Shown: positions 17,938 through 26,747 of the stretch, piece by piece | Layout: each line of letters starts with the position of its first letter | How positions within the stretch are numbered: position 1 is the first letter of the stretch | From: Coprobacillaceae bacterium | GTDB taxonomy: Bacteria; Bacillota_I; Bacilli_A; Erysipelotrichales; Coprobacillaceae | Direction: 5' to 3' | Assembly (NCBI GenBank): GCA_963675515.1 | Contig: OY776328.1 | Coordinates: forward strand, 1,860,001 to 1,892,000 | DNA length: 32,000 nt | Notes under the pieces: model-generated | The model's input: the letters and a program-made list of their open reading frames with translations, nothing else | Databases searched by the model: none | What the model was told of the DNA's origin: nothing | Program-made: the position numbers and the translations under genes

Positions 17938-20604
17938 TCATTTGTCTTTTACCAGGATATCTTCGGTTGAGTGAGCAACCAGGATTTGTTCTGCCGCAGC
18001 CTGTGCCGCAGCCAAGCGAGCCACCAAAACACGGTATGGTGAGCAAGAAACATAGTTCAAGCCGACACCATGGCAGAATTTGATTGATTCTGGATCCCCG
18101 CCATGTTCACCGCAAATACCCAATTTAAGATTCGGTTTGACTTCACGCCCCTTTTGAGACGCGATTTTAACCAATTGACCAACCCCTGATTGATCAAGGG
18201 AAACAAATGGGTCAACTTGGACAAGTTTTTTATCCTTGTAATCTGGAAGGAAACTTCCGATATCATCACGCGAGAAGCCGTATGTCATCTGGGTCAGGTC
18301 ATTTGTACCAAACGAGAAGAATTCCGCATGTTTAGCAATGCTGTCAGCCGTCAAAGCAGCCCGAGGTATCTCAATCATCGTACCGATTTTATATTCCATT
18401 TTGGAAGATCGTTTAGCCAATTCCAGCTCGATTACCTTTGTGATATTGCCTTTTACATAAATGATTTCTGATTCCTGACCAACCAGTGGAATCATGATTT
18501 CAGGAACGATGCTGACACCAAGTTCGTTTTGAACATCGATTGCCGCATTTATGATTGCCCGAACTTGCATATTGTAGATTTCCGGATAAGTGACTGCCAA
18601 ACGGCAACCGCGGTGTCCCAACATCGGGTTGGCTTCATGAAGGCTGTCACCTTTGACTTTCACTTGTGCCAGTGTTTTACCCAGCTTGTTCGCAACGACC
18701 TGATACTCTTCATCGGTGTGAGGCAAGAATTCATGAAGAGGAGGATCGAGCAAACGTACGGTGACCGGCAATCCAACCATCGCCCGATAAATTCCTTTGA
18801 AATCTTCAATCTGGAATTTGTACAATTCATCCAACGCCAGTTCGCGTTCTTCCAAAGTATCAGACAGGATCATTTGTCTTACATATTCGATCCGGTCACC
18901 CTCAAAAAACATATGTTCGGTCCGGCATAAACCGATACCTTCAGCTCCAAATTTGATTGCTGTATCGGCATCGTGAGGAGTATCCGCATTCGCGCGCACA
19001 CCCAGTGTTTTTATTTCGTCCGCCCAAGACATAAGTTCCGCAAAATCACCGGTAAGCTCTTGTTCTTCGACCGCCAGGGAACCGGCATACACATTTCCCG
19101 TTGTTCCGTCAATTGAGATTTCAGTTCCTTCAGGATATACAGTTCCGGAAATTGTGAATGATTTCTCCTTATAGTTGATCGAAAGTCCTTTGGCGCCGAC
19201 AACACAAGCACGCCCCATACCTCTGGCAACAACAGCGGCATGCGATGTCATCCCCCCTGTCGAAGTCAAAATCCCCAGGCAGGCCGCCATACCTTTGATA
19301 TCCTCTGGAGATGTCTCGTGGCGTACCAGAATTACTTTTTCACCCTTTTGAGCATACTCGACCGCTTTATCAGCTGTCAAATAAACTTTACCAGATGCGG
19401 CCCCAGGAGACGCTGGCAATCCTGTAAGTATTACATCACCCTGTTCCAATGCATCTTTGGTGAAGTTTGGATGCAAAAGCTGATCGATTTGATCAGGTTC
19501 AACCCTTGTCAAAGCAGTTGGCTTGTTGATCAGACCTTCATGAACAAGATCGACAGCGATTTTCAAAGCCGCATGACCGGTTCTTTTACCATTTCTGGTT
19601 TGAAGGATGTACAGTTTGCCTTCTTCAACCGTGAACTCACAGTCTTGCATGTCACGGTAATGCAGTTCCAACCCTTTTACAATCTGGATAAGTTGATCAT
19701 AAATGTGAGGCATATCCTCCGCAAGACGGTCAATCTTCAACGGTGTGCGGATCCCTGCAACAACATCTTCACCTTGAGCATTGATCAGATATTCACCATA
19801 AATGTGATTTTCACCGGTTGCAGCATTACGAGTGAACAAAACTCCGGTTCCTGAGCTGTCACCCATGTTTCCAAATACCATTTCCTGGACGTTTACTGCG
19901 GTGCCAAGATCATGTGGGATATTATTAAGGTTACGGTAAACCACTGCTCTATCATTCATCCATGAGCTAAAAACAGCCAAAATCGCCCCCATCAGCTGTT
20001 GTTTTGGATCCTGTGGGAAATCGCGACCCATATTTTTCTTGAAGACCGCCTTATATTCAGGAATAACATGGTTTTTGAAATCATCGGCTGTGATATCCAG
20101 ATCCGATTCGTAACCATTATCTTCTTTTAGTTCTGATAAAATTTCTTCGAAAAATTCCTTGTCAACTCCACAAGCAACATCGGAATACATCTGGATGAAA
20201 CGGCGGTACGAGTCATAAGCGAAACGGATATTATTAGTTTTTTTCGCCATAACCTCGACTGTTTCATCATTCAACCCGAGGTTCAAAATCGTATCCATCA
20301 TTCCTGGCATTGAGAATTTAGCCCCTGATCTTACGGATACAAGCAACGGGTTTTCCTTTCCACCCAAAGTTTTATCCGTTACGTTTTCGAGTTCATTAAG
20401 GCAAATGTCAATCTGCCTTTTAATCTCATCATTGATTATTTTTCCATCGGCGTAGTACTCATTGCAAGCTTCAGTTGTGACAGTGAAGCCCTGAGGCACG
20501 GGCAAATTAAGATTAACCATAGCTGCCAAATTTGCACCTTTACCCCCAAGAAGGCCACGCATTGTTTCGTTACCTTCCCTGAACATGTAAACATATTTTT
20601 TCAT
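17938..20604 (-). CDS. ppdK: Pyruvate, phosphate dikinase
   Basis: 888 aa. It has the N-terminal GGKGANLAAM motif, the phosphohistidine region GGMTSHAAVVARGMG, and the C-terminal PEP-utilising domain (GICGEHGGDPESI). AAGGAGG Shine-Dalgarno is present. Confidence 0.97.
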   Translation of the reverse strand: MKKYVYMFREGNETMRGLLGGKGANLAAMVNLNLPVPQGFTVTTEACNEYYADGKIINDEIKRQIDICLNELENVTDKTLGGKENPLLVSVRSGAKFSMPGMMDTILNLGLNDETVEVMAKKTNNIRFAYDSYRRFIQMYSDVACGVDKEFFEEILSELKEDNGYESDLDITADDFKNHVIPEYKAVFKKNMGRDFPQDPKQQLMGAILAVFSSWMNDRAVVYRNLNNIPHDLGTAVNVQEMVFGNMGDSSGTGVLFTRNAATGENHIYGEYLINAQGEDVVAGIRTPLKIDRLAEDMPHIYDQLIQIVKGLELHYRDMQDCEFTVEEGKLYILQTRNGKRTGHAALKIAVDLVHEGLINKPTALTRVEPDQIDQLLHPNFTKDALEQGDVILTGLPASPGAASGKVYLTADKAVEYAQKGEKVILVRHETSPEDIKGMAACLGILTSTGGMTSHAAVVARGMGRACVVGAKGLSINYKEKSFTISGTVYPEGTEISIDGTTGNVYAGSLAVEEQELTGDFAELMSWADEIKTLGVRANADTPHDADTAIKFGAEGIGLCRTEHMFFEGDRIEYVRQMILSDTLEERELALDELYKFQIEDFKGIYRAMVGLPVTVRLLDPPLHEFLPHTDEEYQVVANKLGKTLAQVKVKGDSLHEANPMLGHRGCRLAVTYPEIYNMQVRAIINAAIDVQNELGVSIVPEIMIPLVGQESEIIYVKGNITKVIELELAKRSSKMEYKIGTMIEIPRAALTADSIAKHAEFFSFGTNDLTQMTYGFSRDDIGSFLPDYKDKKLVQVDPFVSLDQSGVGQLVKIASQKGREVKPNLKLGICGEHGGDPESIKFCHGVGLNYVSCSPYRVLVARLAAAQAAAEQILVAHSTEDILVKDK

Positions 20605-20637
20605 ATATGTTCCTCCTTATTTCTTAACCATACGTTA

Positions 20638-20666
20638 ATTATACACCTGAAAACCCTTCCATTCAA
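20638..20666 (-). promoter_or_regulatory. Candidate ppdK promoter
   Basis: On the minus strand: TTGAAT (20666-20661), a 17-nt spacer, then TATAAT (20643-20638), about 30 nt upstream of the ATG. Confidence 0.55.
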
Positions 20667-20744
20667 TGTTTTTTTATAGTAAAATACTCATGGATATGTT
20701 AAGGCGATGTAATGTATAAGAAATAAGCGCTTAATTGGCGATAA

Positions 20745-20775
20745 AAATAAAAAGACAAACATGAAGTTTGTCTTG
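20745..20775 (-). terminator. Rho-independent terminator after the helicase gene
   Basis: AAGACAAAC-TTCAT-GTTTGTCTT hairpin followed by TTTTATTTTT on the minus strand. Confidence 0.8.
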
Positions 20776-20782
20776 TAAAATA

Positions 20783-22363
20783 CTAATCTTGATTGTTTGA
20801 AATTTCGATATTGACGCGACGATTGCGAATTTTCTTTTTCGAACAGTTCTTGATCAATTTCTGTACCACGAAACTGTTAACATCAACGTATGTGTTCTTG
20901 CGATTTATCTCTATTGAACCGATATCACTTTTGCGAATCCGTCCCTCGTTGCATAAGAAACCGACAATCGCTCCTGGATTGATCTTATCCATAGTGCCAC
21001 AAGTCATGAAAATACGAGTCATATCACCGCTGTTATTGTGTCCCACTTGATCGATGGTTTCACGAGTATAGTTATATCCCGGATTTGATTCATTGAGCAT
21101 GTACAATAATGCCGCGGCAAAATCATCCCTGATGTTCGGATCGATTTCATTGATTTGTGATTTGAATTTTTTGTGTTTGCCGGCAAAAATCGCATCCTCT
21201 ACTTCACTGATCAAAGACAAAACTTTATTTTCATTGATCTGGGTAAGTGTCGGAACCTCAAGTTTCTCAATTTTTGAGTTGGTCGAGCGCTCGATTTGAC
21301 GCAGGAAACCTTTCTCTTTCGAAACGACAATAGTCACAGCCTTACCTTCACGATTGGCTCTTCCGGTACGACCGATTCTATGAACGTATGATTCGATTTC
21401 CTGAGGCAATTCGTAGTTGATTACATGAGTAACATCGTCTACGTCGATACCTCTGGCTGCAACGTCAGTCGCAATCAGGAAATTGATCGTCTTGTCCTTG
21501 AATTTTCTTAATGTGTTGCTGCGGTGATTTTGAGTCAGATCCCCATGCATAGCTTCAACTTTGTAGTTTGCCTTTTGCATTTTCTCACAGACTTCATCAA
21601 CCGATCTCTTTGTACGGCAGAAAATGATTCCTGATTTCACGCCATCCAGATCGATACAACGGCACAGCGCCTCAAATCTGTCTTTTGGACTGACTTCATA
21701 ATAGTACTGTTTTACCGTTGAAGCGGTACGTGTTTTTGACTCGATTTTGACATGATCATAGTCAGATTTCATATAATTTTGAGCGATTTTTTTGATTTCC
21801 GCCGGCATTGTTGCAGAGAACAATACAGTCTGATGATCTTCAGGAACAGTTTGAAGAATCGTTTCGATATCTTCCACAAATCCCATATTCAACATTTCGT
21901 CAGCTTCGTCCAAAACGACATAACGGACTTCATTAAGTTTCAACACCTTACGACGCATCAAATCCATGATTCTTCCGGGAGTTCCAATGACGATGTCAAT
22001 TCCCTTCTTGATTGTCCTGATTTGTCTTTCGATATCGCTGCCACCATAAACACAAGTGACTTTTGCATCGTTATATTTTCCAATTCGTCCAAACTCTTCG
22101 TAGATTTGCATTGCAAGTTCGCGAGTTGGTGAAATGATAATTGCCTGAGGATTTTTTGAGTTGTTATTATGGATTAATGAGAGTATCCCACCACCAAAAG
22201 CCAAAGTTTTCCCAGTCCCTGTTTGTGCCTGTCCTATAATATCTTTACCTTGAATCACTAACGGGATCGCCTCTTCTTGAATCTTTGACGGTGAAGTAAA
22301 TCCCATATCATTTATTGCATTTAAGACCTCTTCCGAGAGTCCTAGTTTACTAAAATTTTCCAT
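20783..22363 (-). CDS. DEAD-box ATP-dependent RNA helicase with a DbpA/YxiN-type C-terminal RNA-binding domain
   Basis: 526 aa. Helicase motifs are present: the Q-motif region (GFTSPSKIQ), AQTGTGKT, PTRELA, VLDEADEM, SAT and HRIGRTGR. The C-terminal segment RIFMTCGTMDKINPGAIVGFLCNEGRIRKSDIGSIEINRKNTYVDV resembles the DbpA RNA-binding domain. Confidence 0.93.
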   Translation of the reverse strand: MENFSKLGLSEEVLNAINDMGFTSPSKIQEEAIPLVIQGKDIIGQAQTGTGKTLAFGGGILSLIHNNNSKNPQAIIISPTRELAMQIYEEFGRIGKYNDAKVTCVYGGSDIERQIRTIKKGIDIVIGTPGRIMDLMRRKVLKLNEVRYVVLDEADEMLNMGFVEDIETILQTVPEDHQTVLFSATMPAEIKKIAQNYMKSDYDHVKIESKTRTASTVKQYYYEVSPKDRFEALCRCIDLDGVKSGIIFCRTKRSVDEVCEKMQKANYKVEAMHGDLTQNHRSNTLRKFKDKTINFLIATDVAARGIDVDDVTHVINYELPQEIESYVHRIGRTGRANREGKAVTIVVSKEKGFLRQIERSTNSKIEKLEVPTLTQINENKVLSLISEVEDAIFAGKHKKFKSQINEIDPNIRDDFAAALLYMLNESNPGYNYTRETIDQVGHNNSGDMTRIFMTCGTMDKINPGAIVGFLCNEGRIRKSDIGSIEINRKNTYVDVNSFVVQKLIKNCSKKKIRNRRVNIEISNNQD

Positions 22364-22448
22364 TTATACATCCTTTCATTTCGTTTAATTACTATAACAT
22401 AGTTTTTCCAACAATAAAACAAAAACATTCGATTTTATCAAATAAAAT

Positions 22449-22472
22449 TAAAAAAAAGGACTTACGTCCTTT
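22449..22472 (-). terminator. Rho-independent terminator closing the long ntdp...asnS...dehydrogenase unit
   Basis: On the minus strand: AAGGAC-GTAA-GTCCTT followed by T8, starting at the TAA stop of the 22472-23845 gene. The sequence is identical to the rRNA operon terminator at 3596-3618. Confidence 0.8.
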
Positions 22473-23845
22473 TACAAGCGGTTTCTTTTCAGGTTGATAA
22501 GGAAAGCTTCTATATTCTTCTGGATTTCATCGATTACCCGGCTCCTTGTTTCAAAAGGCGCCCATGCTATATGGGGCGTCAAAATCAACTTGTTGGGATC
22601 CGAAACCTCGAAGAGGATCGAATCTTGTGGCAAGGGTTCGCTCTCAAAAACATCCAGGCCAGCACCTGCGATTTCGTTTTCGTTCAAGGCCCTTACCAGA
22701 TCAGCTTCATTGATGATCTTGCCCCGTCCGACATTGATGATAAAAGCACCCTTTTTCATCATCTTGAACGCATCATAGTCGAACAGGTTTAGTGTCGACT
22801 CATTCAAAGGGGCGTTGATTGAAATGAAATCACTGGTTGCCAAGGTCGTAGCGAAGTTCACTCTTTCATAGGGCTGATTAGAATTCATCCCCGAAGTCGA
22901 GTAATACTGAACCTTCATCCCCAACACAGTTGCGTATCTGGCCATCTCCTGGCCGATAGCACCCATACCGACGATTGTCAGAACTTTGTTGTCAAGCTCA
23001 TAGAAAGTGCTTGCAAAGTGGGAAAATGAATTCCCGCTTGAATATTCCTTGCTTTTGACAAAATTGTCGTAGTAAAGGAGATGATTGTTCAAAGCCATCA
23101 TCAAACTCAAGCCGTGACTGGCAACAGCTTTGGTCGAGTAGCCTTTCACATTGCAAGAGACAATGTCACACTCATGCAAGTATTCAAGATCAAGATTGTT
23201 GTATCCCGTGGCAGTTACACAGACTAGCTTTAAATCATCAAATCCCTGTAATGAATCTCCGTCCAAAAGCACCTTGTTTGTGATGATCACATCATGGTCC
23301 TTGGCCACTCCTTGCAAAGATTCTGCGTCATGGTAATCGCAAAATTCACCATAAGACCCGAACCGGCTCAAATCGATATCTTCGCCGATGCTGTTGGAAT
23401 CCAGAATCGCAATCCTGACCGGTTCCCAGTTGAACACGTTTTTCAAGAACTCCTCATTTTCCCTCGCAAATTGGCCCAGTCTTATCGCTTCGTTGACATC
23501 CAAAAATGGAGCATCCTTCAAAATCGCGACTGTCTTTCCAGACGTTGTTCGATATTCCACTGCGTTTTGCATCATCAAGATCCCCAGTGCCTGGTTGGTC
23601 GCTGGAGCGTACTTTTCATGATCTTCTTTAAGTTCAAGCAAAAAACCACTCTTGCAATCGATAGCCTTAAGTATTGCCTGATCCAGCGAGTCACATTGCA
23701 ATAAAATATCCTTGAATGTGTCATTGTAAATAAGGGGCAGGACATAATCATACAGGCTGATCTCGCAAGAACCGTAACCTTTGGTAAAAGAATATAGTAT
23801 GACCGCCCCCAATGACGAATCTTTCATGCCTTCAATCAAACTCAT
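22472..23845 (-). CDS. D-isomer-specific 2-hydroxyacid dehydrogenase (glycerate/hydroxypyruvate reductase-like) fused to an unassigned N-terminal domain of about 140 aa
   Basis: 457 aa. Residues ~143-457 make up a full 2-HADH. The sequence runs VRIAILDS...ATGYNNLDLEYL...GYSTKAVASH, with the NAD(P) loop GMGAIGQEMA. The catalytic candidates are Arg (NVGRGK), Glu (DVFESEP) and His (LTPHIAW). Residues 1-142 (MSLIEGMKDSSLGAVILYSFTKGYGSCEISLYDYVLPLIYNDTFKDIL...) are additional. Confidence 0.8.
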   Translation of the reverse strand: MSLIEGMKDSSLGAVILYSFTKGYGSCEISLYDYVLPLIYNDTFKDILLQCDSLDQAILKAIDCKSGFLLELKEDHEKYAPATNQALGILMMQNAVEYRTTSGKTVAILKDAPFLDVNEAIRLGQFARENEEFLKNVFNWEPVRIAILDSNSIGEDIDLSRFGSYGEFCDYHDAESLQGVAKDHDVIITNKVLLDGDSLQGFDDLKLVCVTATGYNNLDLEYLHECDIVSCNVKGYSTKAVASHGLSLMMALNNHLLYYDNFVKSKEYSSGNSFSHFASTFYELDNKVLTIVGMGAIGQEMARYATVLGMKVQYYSTSGMNSNQPYERVNFATTLATSDFISINAPLNESTLNLFDYDAFKMMKKGAFIINVGRGKIINEADLVRALNENEIAGAGLDVFESEPLPQDSILFEVSDPNKLILTPHIAWAPFETRSRVIDEIQKNIEAFLINLKRNRL

Positions 23846-23846
23846 A

Positions 23847-25310
23847 TCATATTAACGTCACCTTCAGACGCTGTCCTCCTGTCTTTTTTACATCCTCATA
23901 GACGCTGATGCAATAACGGAATTTGCGACGCTTATGGGAATATTTCAAAATATTGTAGCTAAGATAATGGCGTTTTTCCTCTTTGACGTAGCTTTGGGCC
24001 GATGAACCGGCCGAAACTACAGTCAGATTGCCATGGCGGATGCAACTTGGCAAATGGCGGTGGCCATGCAAAACGTATTTGACATCGTATGACTTTAGCC
24101 AGTAAAGCAACAAATCGGAGTCGATAAGCGCCTTGGAGTTGTCGATATAGCGTCCGATGAACATATTGTCGATCCACTTTTGTTTTAGAAACTCATCCCG
24201 ATGGATTGGGAACAGATGGTGATGGAGCATGACTATCAATGTGTAATCCTGCAAATTATCAATCGCCTCAAGTTCCTCATCGATTTCCTTAAGCTGGATT
24301 TGTCCAACCGATCCTCTGGCAAAATTGCCTTCAACCATCGAATTTATCTTGACGATGATTATCTTCTCGCTTTCAATGACCCGGATATTGTCACCAAGCA
24401 AATAGGCGACTATTTTTGTCTTTTGAGTGCGGAACAGATTCAATCCATGAGTGATTATATCATGGTTGCCAAGGACAAAATCAACCTTGCCATTATATCT
24501 TTTTTTTAACATGTTCATAAAACTCGTTACCTGATACATATTGGCAACCGTCGGCGAATTCATCAAGTCCCCTGTAATCAGGAACTTGGTCGGATATGAT
24601 GAATCGGTTTTTTTTATAATCTGGTCGATTGAAGAAAGCAAAAGCAGTTTGTGCTTCTCAGTGGCCTTGTTGTTTTTAAAATGAAGATCGCTTAGATGAA
24701 AGAAATAGGAATCCGTATTTTCAAAATCATAGCCAAATATAGTGTCATTGTCGATCATCGCAAAAGCTTCTTCAATATGTTCAGGTTCCCTTATCTTTAT
24801 AAAGCGGTATTGGTCATCTTTGAAAACCAGGATACCCGGCCATTTTTCAATATTCAAGATCCCTTTGATAAGGGCGTTGTAGGGACGCTGAAAAAGAAGT
24901 TCATTTTCGAACAGAATTTTGCGGCTGGTAAAAGTCCTTATTTTGTCACTTTGTAGCGACCGGACGTAGTCCAGGTTGGAAAAAATCCGGTTGACCTCGT
25001 AATCCTCGTCTAGTCCCGAGAAAAAGACAACTTGATATTTGCGCGTTTCAATATATTTGAAAGCCTGAAGCTGGTTGACGGAATCTTTTGAAAAGTGTCT
25101 TAATGTGTCTTCTTCGTTGTTGTCGTTTAATATGTCACGTTGAATGCCTTCGGTTATTTCATCTACGATGTCCAGATGGATGTCGTTGAAGGTCAACCAT
25201 TCCTTGATTATTGCCCTTCTTTGTTCATCCAGCAGGTAATCGAGGACAAAATAGCGCGAGTTGTTGAAAAGAAGCTGATAATAGGCATTGATGACATCAT
25301 AGTCGTTCAT
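23847..25310 (-). CDS. Calcineurin-like metallophosphoesterase with an unassigned N-terminal region of about 200 aa
   Basis: 487 aa. The MPE motifs appear in canonical order in the C-terminal half: HLSDLHF, ITGDLMN, LGNHD, MLHHH, HGHRH. The N-terminal 200 aa match nothing I recognise. The start is 12 nt after the asnS stop, and the stop is 1 nt before the next ATG. Confidence 0.8.
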   Translation of the reverse strand: MNDYDVINAYYQLLFNNSRYFVLDYLLDEQRRAIIKEWLTFNDIHLDIVDEITEGIQRDILNDNNEEDTLRHFSKDSVNQLQAFKYIETRKYQVVFFSGLDEDYEVNRIFSNLDYVRSLQSDKIRTFTSRKILFENELLFQRPYNALIKGILNIEKWPGILVFKDDQYRFIKIREPEHIEEAFAMIDNDTIFGYDFENTDSYFFHLSDLHFKNNKATEKHKLLLLSSIDQIIKKTDSSYPTKFLITGDLMNSPTVANMYQVTSFMNMLKKRYNGKVDFVLGNHDIITHGLNLFRTQKTKIVAYLLGDNIRVIESEKIIIVKINSMVEGNFARGSVGQIQLKEIDEELEAIDNLQDYTLIVMLHHHLFPIHRDEFLKQKWIDNMFIGRYIDNSKALIDSDLLLYWLKSYDVKYVLHGHRHLPSCIRHGNLTVVSAGSSAQSYVKEEKRHYLSYNILKYSHKRRKFRYCISVYEDVKKTGGQRLKVTLI

Positions 25311-25322
25311 CGTCCTGGCCTT

Positions 25323-26717
25323 TTAGAACTTAAGATTGCGAGGAGTTCTAGGATAAGCGACAACGTCACGGATATTAGAAACACCTGTCATGAACATTAC
25401 AAGACGTTCGAACCCGATTCCAAAACCGGCATGGTTTACTCCACCGAAGCGGCGCAAGTCAAGGTACCATTGCAATGCTTCTTTTTCAATTCCTTTTTCT
25501 TCCATCATTTGTTCAAGAACTTCATAACGCTCTTCTCTTTGAGAACCTCCGACCAATTCTCCGATTCCCGGCACAAGCAAGTCACATGCGGCAACGGTTT
25601 TGTTGTCATCATTCAAACGCATGTAGAATGCTTTGATGTCCTTAGGATAATTGATGATGAAGATTGGACCTTTGAACACCTGTTCACACAAATATTTTTC
25701 ATGTTCGCTGGCCAGGTCAATCCCCCAAGAAACCGGATTTTCAAATTCGACAGTCGCTTCCTGGAGCAATTCAATGGCATCAGTATAATCCAAACGTTTG
25801 AATTCGCTGTTAAGAACGGCACTAAGGCGGGTCACCAATGTCTTTTGTTTGTCAACGAAATCATTGAGGAATTCCATTTCCGCCGGTGCATTGTCCAAGA
25901 CATATTGGATGCAGAACTTGACGCAGTCTTCGATCAGGTCCATGTCGTCTTCAAGGTTCGCAAAAGCGATTTCCGGTTCAATCATCCAGAACTCCGAAGC
26001 ATGAGTTGAAGTGTTTGAGTTTTCAGCCCTGAAAGTAGGTCCGAAAGTATAGACATCCCTGAATGCCATCGCGAATGATTCGACGTGCAGCTGCCCTGAA
26101 ACTGTCAGTGAAGCGTGCTTTCCAAAGAAATCCTTGTCATAATTGTCATCAGATCTTGTGGTAACGGTAAACGTTTCTCCGGCACCTTCGGCATCATTTC
26201 CCGTGATGATCGGAGTTTGGACGTAGACAAATCCTTGTGATTGGAAAAACTCATGGATAGCCATTGCCAAAACCGAGCGGACCCGGAATGTCGCCAGATA
26301 TGTGTTGGCACGGGGGCGCAGATGGGGAATCTCACGCAGATATTCCAAAGTATGGCGTTTCTTTTGCAGTGGAAAATCTTCAGCGCATTTTCCTTCAACA
26401 ACCAATTCCGTAACTTCCACTTCGAAAGGCTGTTTTCCTTCTGGAGTCAGCTTGAATTTGCCTGTGACTTTGATCGCAGAACCAGTAGTCAATTTTGCCG
26501 CTTCGTCGAAATTTTCCAAAGTCTCTTCCAGATAGATCAACTGGATGTTTTTGAAGTATGTTCCATCATTAAGCGCAATGAAGCCGATCTTGCCGCTGTT
26601 GCGGTTGGTTTTGACCCAACCCTCAAGTTCAATCATGTCCAATCCTTCAAATTCCAATTCCTCACCATACAGAAACATTTCATACAGTTCTCTTACCGTC
26701 TTAAATTCAAACATCAT
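25323..26717 (-). CDS. asnS: Asparagine--tRNA ligase
   Basis: 464 aa, class IIb aaRS. It has an N-terminal OB-fold, motif 2 ([24 protein letters not shown]) and motif 3 ([10 protein letters not shown]). Spacing to the AGGAGA Shine-Dalgarno suggests the second ATG (26714) may be the true start. Confidence 0.95.
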   Translation of the reverse strand: MMFEFKTVRELYEMFLYGEELEFEGLDMIELEGWVKTNRNSGKIGFIALNDGTYFKNIQLIYLEETLENFDEAAKLTTGSAIKVTGKFKLTPEGKQPFEVEVTELVVEGKCAEDFPLQKKRHTLEYLREIPHLRPRANTYLATFRVRSVLAMAIHEFFQSQGFVYVQTPIITGNDAEGAGETFTVTTRSDDNYDKDFFGKHASLTVSGQLHVESFAMAFRDVYTFGPTFRAENSNTSTHASEFWMIEPEIAFANLEDDMDLIEDCVKFCIQYVLDNAPAEMEFLNDFVDKQKTLVTRLSAVLNSEFKRLDYTDAIELLQEATVEFENPVSWGIDLASEHEKYLCEQVFKGPIFIINYPKDIKAFYMRLNDDNKTVAACDLLVPGIGELVGGSQREERYEVLEQMMEEKGIEKEALQWYLDLRRFGGVNHAGFGIGFERLVMFMTGVSNIRDVVAYPRTPRNLKF

Positions 26718-26747
26718 ATCTCTCCTTTTATTGTTTTTAGCGCACTA

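Noticed and set aside
19240-19854. 204-aa plus-strand ORF (and several shorter ones) antisense to ppdK; similar cases lie opposite PFOR, the helicase, ansA, the kinase and galU
   Set aside because: These are antisense shadow frames within highly conserved genes, with no start context and no family resemblance.
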